DNA from: Hydrurus foetidus
Lineage: Eukaryota
NCBI GenBank assembly: GCA_900617105.1
Contig: UYFQ01000013.1
Location: 1 to 64,000, forward strand
Length of the DNA stretch: 64,000 nt
Direction: 5' to 3'
The stretch's first letter is position 1. Every line of letters starts with the position of its first letter. Of the stretch, positions 22,897-34,163 are shown one piece after another. The notes below the pieces were generated by a model. That model did no database searches, had not been told where the DNA came from, and saw only the letters and a list, made by a program, of their open reading frames with translations. The position numbers and the translations under genes were made by a program.

Positions 22897-24358
22897 TAGG
22901 GATGGTGGCTAGCTTCTAGCCCACTAGCCTAGCCGTAGCCCGGCTAGTGGGCTAGGGCTAGGCTGAAATTCTCAAATTTTGGTAGCCCGATTAGCCCGGC
23001 TGGCTGAGATCTATTTTTAGCCCGGCTAGCTAACTTTCTTCTATCGTGTAGCCCTTTTATATAGGTAATGGTGATAGCTTGATTAGCTATTTAATCTACA
23101 ATTGTTATTGACAACAACTACTGAATATCGAGGACTTATAAAAGTAGCTGCAGAGCGGTTGTCTTCAACTGAGTCGAGGTCTAGGTCCAAAAATATCTTC
23201 CAAAACACGTTTGGATACGGATAACTTGGCGTCAGTGCCTTTGGGCTAAATTGCAGAATAAAATTGGCTACTTTAGGTAGACAGAAATTTTTATTTTTGT
23301 CTCCGTCGTTTCAGAGCTTATCATGTCTCTCTTAGGCGAAGTGGACCGTGGACCTAATACTGGATCTTGTACCGTAATTAATGAAAAATTCCTGATTGTT
23401 GGAATCGAATCCACGATCCCGATCATCGATGGCGATCTGTATACCATCGACTGACAAGGACCGTGATCAAGTCTGGGAGACCATAGAGAATCTGATGATC
23501 GACCTGTGGGTCATAGATTTTAAGGCTGCATTTGAGATCACTCTCTTTGAATTCCGTCCTGCCGAGCCGATGCAGCTCATTGAAGACGAACATGATGCGT
23601 GGGCAGAAGAAGACGCGTACGTTGCCCCTGTCGGTCCTACCCCCATCAACATGAATGAAATTCAGAGGAAAGTCAAGGAGGAGTTACGCGAATATAGAGA
23701 AATGCAGAGAATCAACATGAGGGAGATGCAAGAGGATGGCAAGAGAGGTGATTTCACCGATCCTCTAAAGTGGTGGAAGCATCACTTACTTAGATTCCCT
23801 ACATTGGGTAAAATAGCACGCAAGTATCTTTGCATCCCTGCCACATCAGCTCCCTCAGAGAGAGTCTTCTCACTGGCAGGTCTCACTATTTCAAAAATAC
23901 GTTCAAGACTGGACAGTGAGAATGCATCCTGTTTGATATGTGTCCGTGACAATTGGGATACATACGAGGAAATAAAAAGTAAAATGGATGCGAGGTAGGT
24001 AGTTCCACGATCCCCTTGTCTTGCAAATAGCTATTAGATCATCTTCGGTTGATGCGTTCAGTACAAAACAGCCTTACGACAGGGCAATCCATAGGGCTAC
24101 GCACGAGTAAGTGGCACTATGTTCAGTTTAGAACCGATTTTTTGACCTTTTCGTTTTTTAAGAAAATTTTATGCAAAATTTCACTGTTTTGGAGCTATTT
24201 CCGTAGTAGGGCTAGAGGTTGGGCTATGGTTATTCGTTTAAATGTTGGGCTAGCGGCTAGGCTAGCACCTCGGTCTGGGCTACCTAAATGGGCTGAATTT
24301 TCATTTTTTACCGGCTAGCCCGGCTGATAGCGGAAAAAGAGGCTAGCCACCATCCCTA
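22897..24358 (+). mobile_element. Internally deleted hAT DNA transposon (1462 bp)
   Basis: 17-bp TIR TAGGGATGGTGGCTAGC; perfect 8-bp TSD GAATTTTC (22889-22896, 24359-24366); GCTAGCC-rich subterminal repeats. Confidence 0.95.
23396..23998 (+). pseudogene. hAT transposase C-terminal fragment (dimerisation domain)
   Basis: DPLKWWK...FPTLGKIARKYLCIPATSAPSERVFSLAG...RSRL. Confidence 0.9.
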
Positions 24359-24547
24359 GAATTTTCTCATGCGTTTTGACGTACGATGGTATCTTTTGAG
24401 TTTTTTTCGGGGGGTTCCAAAAATACGTGGATGAATTTGGTGTTTTGAGCAGTTTGAGTGTGCGGCAGCAGTTTGGAGTCATTTTGTAGAGAGGTTTCAG
24501 GGGGACAGTCACAATAAAATAGAACAACAGTATTTATATATATAGTG

Positions 24548-25300
24548 ATGGCACGATTGAAAGCAGCGCGAAAGACTGTGAAGAGTAGAAGAGTTGTGAA
24601 GTTGACAGTGTTGAAGAAGATTATTCGGAAGCCAAATGACAATATGTGTTTACTGGACGCTATTTGGGAGATGATGACTGCGCAACAGCAGTTATTGATG
24701 ACGGTAAGCGAAGCACATTATAAGTCGTGTAAAATTAAATAACAGTAGTCATTATGCATATTTGTAGTTTAATGGAGAGCGGAATTTTGTGTTAGAGATG
24801 AAGAAATCGATGAACATGATGGAGTCACAGGGATTTGTCAAAGGCATCGGTAGCAATGATGTATGGAATTATCTTATTGGAGTTCAGAGAGATTATTTGA
24901 GTATTGGTAGAAAAGTCGACTTTATGTGAAGAAAGATGGGGAGAAATGCTGCAGCGAAGCATAAGGGCTTTTCTGGTATGTCAGTGGAGAGGATTTTAAA
25001 GAGAGATGGTATGTAAGTACTGTTCGGTAAAGCTAAATGGAATAACGATGAAAAGAGAAAGTTTATGAAAAGGTTAAGAGGATTCACATGTGAAAGAGAG
25101 CGATTCAATTTTTTTGGGCGAAGAACGAAGGGTAAGAGGAAGACAGATCACGCATTTGGTGTGCGTGTGGATGTAGAGGGGAAATTTTGTTATGATAGCG
25201 CAATGAAGAGCGGCAGAAAGGTATTCAGTGTAGAGAACTTGGCGGAAAAATGTGTGATATTAACAATTGTTTTGTGTTTGACTTATTTGAGGTTGTGTAA
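24548..25300 (+). pseudogene. Two-exon pseudogene with a papain-fold (C39-like) cysteine peptidase signature
   Basis: Intron 24704-24767 (GTAAGC...TTTGTAG) joins two in-frame segments; stops TGA at 24927 and TAA at 25014; motifs NMCLLDAI, DHAFGVRV and FCYDS in Cys-His-Asp order. Confidence 0.45.
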
Positions 25301-25316
25301 ATTAAAAAACATTCAT

Positions 25317-28130
25317 TGTCGGGGGAAACCTCAAAGGTTTATGCAATAGTATGATATTTATTATGTGATGTCGGAATTGTAAAGGTTAGAAGAAGTCCCC
25401 TACAACCAATTCAAGAAAGACGTATCGTGTTAAACTATCATATTATTCTTGCCTTATTTTTTGTGTACGGACGGGATTAGATTAGCGCGACCGATGAGAC
25501 GTAGGTAGTCATGTAGAGCTTCGACGTGAAGAAGAGATGTCCAGGGTTTCCATGAGTCAGATTCGGAGGAGTATGTGCTCCATCGGACAAGGAATTCGAG
25601 ACTGGTGCGTTGACGAAAATTACCACGGTGTGAGATAATTTTGTCAACTATGTACTCATCGTTATCAAGAAGAGCAACGTCTTCAGCGTTGTGTTTGGTA
25701 CCAAAGAATGGACTCACACGATCAGCATGAAAATCTGAAATTTTGTTTGTGATGACGTATTGACATTTAATATCGTTCTTTTTCTGCTCGATAACAGCGT
25801 ATGGTCCGAGCAATTTGGGTGAGAGTTTAGTGGGACGAAATGACGTTGGATTTTCGCGTGAATTCCATAGAACGAGGTCGTTGGGTTTATATTGGTTTTG
25901 TTGTTGCCGAAGAGTTGGAGCTTGACGAGCAGAACATAATTCAGCTTGATAAGCCTGAGTAATGGATCGTACAGTTTGAAGGTTGTTATCAAGCTGGACT
26001 ATCAAGGAAGAGTACGGAGTTCCAGGTACTAATGGTGGAGGCAGGTGGAACCGATTGAAATCAATCGTTCCAAATTTGAGTTCTGCAGGTGAAATGCCAC
26101 CAAGTTCAGAGTTAGGTGTAGTGGCTAAGGCATGATTAATGAGAGGGAGGATTGTGTCGGAGGCCCACCGTGTGATCAACCGTTCATCATGAACTGATCG
26201 ACGGAGATGACCGAGAAATATTGCGCTGACGGGTTCAGTACCGTTGGATTCATGTCGTCCGACGATTGAGATATGATGAGGTATGCCTAACCACTTGTTG
26301 AGGTGTTGAACAACATCAGACGTAAAGGCGCTACCAGGATCAGAGAAGATGGCGTCATAGGTTCCGTATGTACAGTAGTGTTTGAATAGAGCTATAGAGG
26401 CGGTTTACTGCTGAGTAGTCTCGAACTGGATATGCATGAGGAAACTTTGTGTCTAATTCCACGATCAAAAGCAGTGCAATGTAGCCGTCTTTATCAGGTG
26501 GTGTTACTGACACATGATCTATTCCGATTGTGAGTTGATGGTGCATTAAAGTTTCACGAATGGTACTGTGGGGAATAGGATGGTTTGGTAGACGGTCTTT
26601 TTGGCAGATGGGGCATTCAGAAACGAGATCTTGTATCACACGAAGAGGAATACCATGGCCAGGGTAGCGGTTGCAGAGTGCGAGGTACGTACGTTTTGCA
26701 CCATGATGGAGTGAACGTCCACCATGTACAGAAGTGAACATGTCATTGATGAGCAGTTATGGATAGGAGAGGTATGTCAGTGGGAACAGGATACATTCGG
26801 GAGAGCCAATCAGCGACTGTGTTTTCCTTGCCAGGAATGTGCTTGACGTTGAAGGTGAAGCTCTGGAGAAGTACTCGCCAACGTATTACTATTGGAACTT
26901 GGCTATTTTCTATCCATAGAAGATTGCGATGATCTGTCTCAACGGTGAATTGCTTGCCACGTAGGTAGTATGAAAGTATGATAATTGCAAAGTAAAGCCC
27001 ATAGGCTTCCTGTTTGAATGTGTCCCAGTTCACAGCAGCATCAGAGAACTTGTGTGAGACAAACGCAATTGATTGGTGAATTATGTTGTTGGTGCAATCA
27101 GTAAATTCTTGAAAGAGAACGGCCCCTACGGCGTGATTAGATGCACCAGAACGTATGATCCAAGGAAGAGAATAATCGGGGAAATACAACGTAGTAGAGT
27201 TGTTGATGGCATCCTTAAAAATATTGAGAAGAGTCTTGTAATCTTTTTGCCATTTAGTAGGATCCCAGTTGAATCCGGTCACTGTACATTCATAGAGGGA
27301 AGACGCCCATGAGGTGTAATTGGGAATGTGAGTGTGAAAGAAATTTGCGACACCTAGAAAGCTTTGCATTTGCTTTTGGGTTGTTGGAAATATCAGTGAA
27401 GAAATTGCTGCTTTCCGGCTCTCAGAAAGCTGCCACGATCCTGGTTGGACTTCATATCCAAAGAACGTAACAATGGTAGTTCCAATCCAAGATTTTTTCA
27501 TTTTGAGAACAAGTCCATGATCTTTGCATCGGATTAAGACTTTTGTGAGCTTTGCAGTAGCATCTGAGTAGTCTGAAGCAAGGATTAGAGAGTTGTCAAA
27601 TATGACAATCATTCAGTCATCAAAATCAGCAAAGATGCGTCGCACGATAGATTGAAGAATACCGGATGCAGGACCAACTCCTTCCGGTAAAAACTTTGGG
27701 CGAAAGAGACCCCAAGGAGTTCAAACAGATAGTAAGTTGGAGCTGAAATCGTCAATTGGAATTTGATGGAAGGAATTTGTCATATCGAGGTCGACGAAAA
27801 CTTTCCAGCCAGCTGCTTTGGCAAGGGATTGTTGAACATGTGGGATCGGCTCCTGAGGAATACAAACGTAGGGATTGATTACTCTGTAGTCACCACAGAT
27901 GCGGATAAAAGGAGCAGTGGCTTTTGGTGCAATAACGAGGGGGCTTGCGATAGGTGAAGAAGATTTTTCGTAGAAATAGGTTTGCATACGATCAAACTCT
28001 GTCTTAGCATCTTGGAAGAGAGCTGCCCGAACAGGGCGTGCATGAGCTTTGATATGATCTGGTATGCCAGGCTTGACATCGAGATGGTATGGGTCCATGC
28101 GGATACCGGTCCATTTGTGAGGAACAAAGA
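25317..28130 (-). mobile_element. Decayed, 5'-truncated Ty3/Gypsy chromovirus of a second family (C)
   Basis: RT (IRICGDYRVIN, DLDMTNSFHQ, TPWGLF), RNase H (QEAYGL, ETDHRNL, ADWLSR), IN (HHG...CPICQK) and chromodomain (EFLVRWSTY) with several stops; candidate 88-bp TG...CA LTR at 25317-25404. Confidence 0.85.
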
Positions 28131-28384
28131 CAAGGATCGGATAGATCGGGACTAGGTCCGTTACGGCCCGTAGACCCGGTATATCCGGTACGACCACATC
28201 TGATAGTAAGTGCTTCACACTTGAAAGAAAATTAGTTCTTAATCTTTGCGCCGTGCTGAATGTCAGGGCCTTTCATAAAGAAGAACAACGCTATTTCCTT
28301 CCCGAACGACATCTTAGGGCTGTAATGCGATTACATATCACGAGATAGGCCATTTGAGAGAAGGGATATGAGGATATGAGTGAT

Positions 28385-28640
28385 CCACCCACACTTAAGT
28401 GCGTTTTAGTGTCACATTTAACATTTAAGTGTTTCACCTAAGTGAGATCCAGAAAACACTTATTTATCACATTTAAGAGCACTTACTGATGACACTTAAG
28501 TGTACTTAAGTGTTGCATTTAAATGTCATTTTTAGTCACATTTAAGTGCACTTAAATATTCAGTGTAATGTCATCCAAATCATGCACATTCATTAAATAT
28601 TCACACTTAAATGTGATTAAGTGACACTTAAATGTGACCT
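28385..28640. repeat. Cluster of CACTTAAGTG/ACATTTAAGTG motifs in both orientations (MITE-like remnant)
   Basis: More than ten CACTTAA/TTAAGTG/CATTTAA words in ~250 bp. Confidence 0.5.
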
Positions 28641-29253
28641 ACATTAACTGATTATACAAGCCTGTCCGCAAGGTCCTGGTAAAACCGTTCCTTTAGGGAT
28701 AACTGATCCCGGTACTGAACTGGTAGGTTGCTAGTGATTCGTTGAGAATACACCCTGTGAAATGCAAGCCTAGCCAGAGCAGCAGAAAAGTCAACTAGTG
28801 TAGGTATAATGACGTGATGTCATATAGTCTCTTTTAATAAGAAGTGGTTAGCATGTCAAAACATCCACTTCATCAGCTGTATACTAACTGCTAGTATGCT
28901 ACTTGGTGTGATTCATCACTCCAACATTTCATTCCTGATGTGACCGCGGGTTGGTGTATAGTATCAACCGGTCTAAGGAATCATAAAACGTATGCCTAAG
29001 CTACAACTATCCGGACTGGATATCGCTCATGATATTATCCCCAAAGGGATTCCTAGTCTACGCATATCCCAACACACCCCTAATGTCATCGACATTCAGT
29101 CACATGGTTGTTTAGGTATCATGCAAATTAATTATTATCACATGGTGTTAAAACGTGGTAATTATCATAACTAATATAGGTTTCTGCGTAGTTATCATCA
29201 TAACCATATAGTCAAAAATCACGGTGACTTTTTGAGTGTGAGATAAAGAGATG

Positions 29254-32200
29254 TTACTTTTGTCCCATTATTTTCTTGAACATTTTGTCGAAAATCGCAC
29301 CTTGCAACGGTTTTGTAAAGTAGTCGGAAGTCATTTCCGCCGTGGGAACATAGACAATGTCCACTGCACCGTTCTTGATATAGTCCGAGATCCAGAATTT
29401 CCGGATCTCGATGAACCTGGTGGTCTCTGCGGTAGACCGACCTTTCGTGAGTAGTGTGATACAGGATTGGTTATCCTGCTCCAATCGCACTGGTTGTGGA
29501 TCGTATCCTTGAAGGCGGATGAAGTCTGCGAGCCATAATGGGATGTTCATCCCGTCGGACACCGCGATGATCTCAGCCTCCGTGCTCGACTTGGAATTCA
29601 GCTTCTGGACCTTGGAACTCGTGATGAAAAATCCCACCCCTAATGTGACGCACATTCCTGAGGTTGATTTCATGTTGTCGCGATTCGCAAATGCAGCATC
29701 AATTGATACCGTGACTCTTGGTGGGAGGTCAGCTTTGAGTCGTAGGGGTACGTCACGTACGTACTTCGCATAGCTGATGACCCTGTCGAGCTTCTTGTCA
29801 TCCTCGTAGGATGGTGCTTTCACTCGTTTTGAGAGTTCGCCCACCACTGTTGTGAGGCTCGGATGTGCACGCGAGCATGTCCATGCAATGGTTGCGGTGT
29901 CGGTGTGATATATTTCTGCATCCTTGGCACTCAACAGCTCACTGTCAGGGGTTCGATCAAACAGGTGAGGAGCACCTGGTGAGTGCGGAATTCCAGCGGG
30001 TTTGGTTCCGCGGTCTTTGTGAGTCTTCTCTCTTGCAGCGACAATGTCTTGGATCATCCCTGCTTGTGAAACTTTCACGTATCCTGTTTCACTGTAGTCC
30101 CAGGTCAGGCCTAGGTACGATACGATAGGCCCCTGTGTTGTCCTGAATTGGCCGTAAACTTTTAGCAGGATCTGTTCCATGGCGAGGACAGCGTCCTTGT
30201 CAACACACGTCATCTTTAAGTCGTCGACGTAGACAACAATCGTGAATTGCTTTCCTTTGATGCTCTTGTTAAAGACGCAAAGGTCGCGCGGGTTGGCCGT
30301 GAAACCGTTGGACCGTAGGGTTCCGGCTATTTCTTCATACCACAGTTTGGCAGACTCGATACAGCCATATAGTGCCTTGTTCAGACGTACCAGAATGCTT
30401 CCATTGTGCATTCGGTACGCAGCAAATGACTTGTCTTGTCGTACGATTTCATCCGCCACATCTTTAGTTACCATCATGTGCAGGATTTTATCCGGTTTAT
30501 CCAGCGGCATTTTCGCGTTGAGGTACGCGGACCCCACATCACCCACCATAACAAACCGTTTCTCCGCTGCCGCCAGTTGCGCTACGGTGAATATTGCGGC
30601 CATGGAAGCAGTGGGTGATTCGATCTCATCGGGCTTGTAGTCGGTTCGCACTTGCGCGCGCCCATCGACACAGAACCTGGCCTTGACCTTGTCGATCTCT
30701 CGGTTACCCTCCGAGTTTAGTGTGGGTAGGAACTTCTCCGTGACGTTCATGATCGAACGCAGGATCTTGTTTCGCTGTGGTTGTGTCAGTTGTGACATGT
30801 GCACCCCTGAGAATGTGTCCTTTGCGAGGAGCGATTTGACCTCTGACTCGATGGCGAATGCAGTCTTTTCCGGGAAGAGCTTCAGTCCCCGAGTAACTGA
30901 CATCATCGACCAAACATGCGGATTGTCGATTTCTTGTGCTTGAGTTGATACTTCTTCCGCTGTTAAGTTAAGTCGGTCGATTGGTTTCTTCAGTCTGGAT
31001 GACTTTTCCCTTGGTTCTATGGGTCGAGGTGTGTACTTACGTACGTTCACCGGTGCACTATCAAAAGCGTTCTCCTCCGGAATCTCTTCAACGGGCTCCG
31101 TTGGTTCCGATATTTCGCCAGAAGTTTCATGTAGGTTTTCTGTGTCTGGAACCGTATCAGTCTCACCCCGAATCTCCATTGGCGATTGTGTCGGTGGGGA
31201 TTCAAAACCGATTGGTGCGGTGGGAATTGACGGCGGAAATGGGTCCTGAATGGGTCCGCGGTCTCCGATTGGTGCCGCTGTCGGTGGTGCTGCACGAGTA
31301 ATGTTTCCGACGGCATCATTGTCGACATCATTTGTGATGTCTCGGTCGTGGAATGTGAAGATCGGGTCGATCGAGGTATGCAGCTTGTTCTTTGCCGCCC
31401 ACCCATTCACGGTAGTGATAACGATGGGTGGGATCGGCAGTACCACATAGTGGTTCGCATTGATGGTCGCCCGATTGTCCAACCGAAGGAATGCATGTGT
31501 TCCTGTGCCATTCATCTTCGGCTCCAGGTAAAGGCATCCAATCGTGCGCTGGTCCATGCCATTCGACATGGTGCGGTTGGTGACCTGACAGTAGGTGCCG
31601 AAAGGTGGACCGATGTCCATCTTTGTATCAGCCTTTCTCCCGAAGAAGGCCTCAAAGGGAGATATTTTGTCCGTTCGTGTGGACGAAGGGAACAACAGTA
31701 GTTTCTTGGAGCAGCTCAGCACCAAGTGATTCATCATCGCGTCAGCGACTAGGTAGGGTAGGCTGTGTATGGTGGCCCGAATGGTCTCCTTCAGGTGGCG
31801 GATCATCCGCTCCACGATGTGATCATGCTGACCTGGTCCGACGAGAGAGACGGCCACGCCCATTGCATTCATGTCTCCTGCAAGCGCCGCGATCCCTCGT
31901 TCATTGTCGCTGGTGAAGCGGGTGATCTTGATACTGCGGGATCCGATGGTGCCGAACATCCTCCTGATGCTTTGTCTCAGGATTGGCGCTGTGAGATTCT
32001 CCACGCAAGCAACGAGGACAATGCCAAGAGGATGTGTGATGGAAACCAGGAATGGTTGCTTATTGACAAACATGACATCACAATGCATGTGTTGCTCATC
32101 AGAATCACGGTGACTTTTAAAATCACGGTGACTTTTAAAATCACGGTGACTTTGCAATGCTGGAAATGGTCGGGCTCGAACTGTTCGCCCTTTCAGAGCA

Positions 32201-32403
32201 GCGATGTTGGCACCCCAGATCGCAGTTGCTCGATTAACATCTTCAGGAAGGATGTCGCAGTTGAGGAATGCTCCGGCGTTCAAAGCAGAGATCATCTTGG
32301 CGTCGGGTGGGAATCCAAGGCTTGCTTGTAGCCGTCGGGCATCGAAGCTTCGAGCAACCTCGCGCTTGGAGTACGCTGCCTCATTTGCCGTTGTTGTTGG
32401 CAA
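29254..32403 (-). CDS. pol: Copia Pol: integrase, reverse transcriptase, RNase H
   Basis: HCDVMF/TSDNE/VERMIR integrase; KARFCVDG, DVGSAYLNA, KALYGC, YVDDL RT; IDAAF, SSTEAE, QDNQS, SDYFTKPL RNase H. Confidence 0.95.
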   Translation of the reverse strand: MPTTTANEAAYSKREVARSFDARRLQASLGFPPDAKMISALNAGAFLNCDILPEDVNRATAIWGANIAALKGRTVRARPFPALQSHRDFKSHRDFKSHRDSDEQHMHCDVMFVNKQPFLVSITHPLGIVLVACVENLTAPILRQSIRRMFGTIGSRSIKITRFTSDNERGIAALAGDMNAMGVAVSLVGPGQHDHIVERMIRHLKETIRATIHSLPYLVADAMMNHLVLSCSKKLLLFPSSTRTDKISPFEAFFGRKADTKMDIGPPFGTYCQVTNRTMSNGMDQRTIGCLYLEPKMNGTGTHAFLRLDNRATINANHYVVLPIPPIVITTVNGWAAKNKLHTSIDPIFTFHDRDITNDVDNDAVGNITRAAPPTAAPIGDRGPIQDPFPPSIPTAPIGFESPPTQSPMEIRGETDTVPDTENLHETSGEISEPTEPVEEIPEENAFDSAPVNVRKYTPRPIEPREKSSRLKKPIDRLNLTAEEVSTQAQEIDNPHVWSMMSVTRGLKLFPEKTAFAIESEVKSLLAKDTFSGVHMSQLTQPQRNKILRSIMNVTEKFLPTLNSEGNREIDKVKARFCVDGRAQVRTDYKPDEIESPTASMAAIFTVAQLAAAEKRFVMVGDVGSAYLNAKMPLDKPDKILHMMVTKDVADEIVRQDKSFAAYRMHNGSILVRLNKALYGCIESAKLWYEEIAGTLRSNGFTANPRDLCVFNKSIKGKQFTIVVYVDDLKMTCVDKDAVLAMEQILLKVYGQFRTTQGPIVSYLGLTWDYSETGYVKVSQAGMIQDIVAAREKTHKDRGTKPAGIPHSPGAPHLFDRTPDSELLSAKDAEIYHTDTATIAWTCSRAHPSLTTVVGELSKRVKAPSYEDDKKLDRVISYAKYVRDVPLRLKADLPPRVTVSIDAAFANRDNMKSTSGMCVTLGVGFFITSSKVQKLNSKSSTEAEIIAVSDGMNIPLWLADFIRLQGYDPQPVRLEQDNQSCITLLTKGRSTAETTRFIEIRKFWISDYIKNGAVDIVYVPTAEMTSDYFTKPLQGAIFDKMFKKIMGQK

Positions 32404-34163
32404 AGGAGCTGAGAAAAAGGTCCTCCTGCCTTATTGAGAGCGATGGCGGGGTTGGCTGACTCTAATCTCGACTTGTTGGAGCTCTCATGTCGAGGCTCTG
32501 GTCGTGATGCAAGATCGCAAACATAGAGTCCACCTCGATGTTGAAAGCGATAGGTTTGCTTTGCTGTGTGCACCAGGAAAGCATCTTGATCAACATGTCC
32601 TCCACGTTGGAACTCCCAGTTGTGTCCTTGCAAAAGGATATCCGAAGCTGAAATGATGGAGAGCGCCGCCCGATCATCGAAGTGAACGATGCCGATATCA
32701 CCAAGTCTGCCGACTTTTGTCACTGTCAAGGATCCATGCAAGCCCTTAAACACAGTTGGCCGACACGTCCAAATCTCTGAGAGAACATCAGCGCTTGTGA
32801 TGATTGTGCCGGTGGCACCGGTGTCGAAAATCGCTTCGGTCGATGATGGTTGGATTGAAGTTCGGGTGGCCTGTAGACTGATTCCGTCACCGTCGTCGGG
32901 TGGAGATCCTTTCAACGCGACATTGCATCTTCGATCATCATCTTCCATTTCTTCATCCTCTTCATCATGCATGTTGCCAAATGATGTGTAATATGAGGAG
33001 TGACTGCTCGCCTTGTTTGCCGGCTCTGGATTTTTCTCAAATCGCACCTTTTTCGGCTCGTCTTTCGCCTTGCTCCGGCACTCAGATTTTCGGTGGCCAA
33101 ACTTGCCACAGTTGAAACACTCGCCTTCGAACTTTGTTTTTGGCTTGTCTTTGTCAGATTCAGCCTTGGTGTCTTTGCTGGAAGGTTTGTCTTTGTGACC
33201 CTTGCCCTTCCCCAACTGCTTGCCACCCTTTTTCCTCGATCTTCAGTCTGCTGCTGAGCTCCGAATGCTGAATGTGGCGTTGTCGGAGGGAGGGTTGCAT
33301 TGATATTCTCAATGAATGAAGTCTCAAATCTTGTTGCTCGTAGGATTGCGTCCACGAGTGTCGCTGGATATATGTCTCGATCCGTTTGCTGTTTGGCATT
33401 AATCAGGTACATCTTGTAGCCGTGGTATGCCGGAACTGATCCATCGAGTCCATCAATGAAGCGCATTGATTGCTGCTTTGGCTTTGGCTGTTCTTCCACT
33501 GGTATTCCAGTCGTGGTGAGTCTTTCAAATGTTTTGATAGCACGCCTGCCATAACTTAGAATCACCTCGCCATGTTCCATTCTCAGTCCAAACCACTCGC
33601 TAAGGGCTTTCTGACGGTCGAGTTCTTCATTTCCATCTGGTCGAGCCGTGACGAGGCGCTTGATTACACGAAGCAACTCGAGTGGGTCGTCTTCTTCGCA
33701 GGCTATGAATGCAGCGTCGACAGCGAGTAGCGAGTTGAGCTGTGCTGAACACATCTCTCGAATGACTGTGTAGCAGTTCTCCTTGTCGATCCTCTGTTGG
33801 GTCAGTAACTTGAGGTACTGGTTGTTCCTGCCGCTGAGTAGTCCCATAAAGATCTTGTTTTTATCTCCAGTTGGGTCGTTCTCTTCTGATCGCCTCCAGT
33901 TCTGCCTCAGAGGCCATCGGTGGTAGGTGCTTCCGGTATGCCGGTGCAACAGTCACTTTCATCGGATCCTGACAGATTGACTGTAGATCCTGATAGTTAT
34001 CTCTGCAGTACGCCTTCAGCTTAGCTATGATTGAATCCCACTGCTTGTGGCAATCATGGCTGATCTCAACCAATCCTGCGGGTATGGTCCTCTTTTCAAG
34101 GGATCCATTTGCACCCTCATCTTTCCTCGGTGGCACACCACCTTTGGAACCTTTTTGACTCAT
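32292..34163 (-). pseudogene. gag: Copia Gag (zinc knuckle) and protease, split by single-base frameshifts
   Basis: Overlapping ORFs 33861-34163, 32912-33949 and 32292-33215; CFNCGKFGHRKSEC and AIFDTGAT; ATG 27 nt after the LTR. Confidence 0.85.

Noticed and set aside
28135..28219. 5' LTR of Gypsy C
   Set aside because: LTR-like TGTGA start on -, but no match to the candidate 3' LTR; at most a fragment of another family
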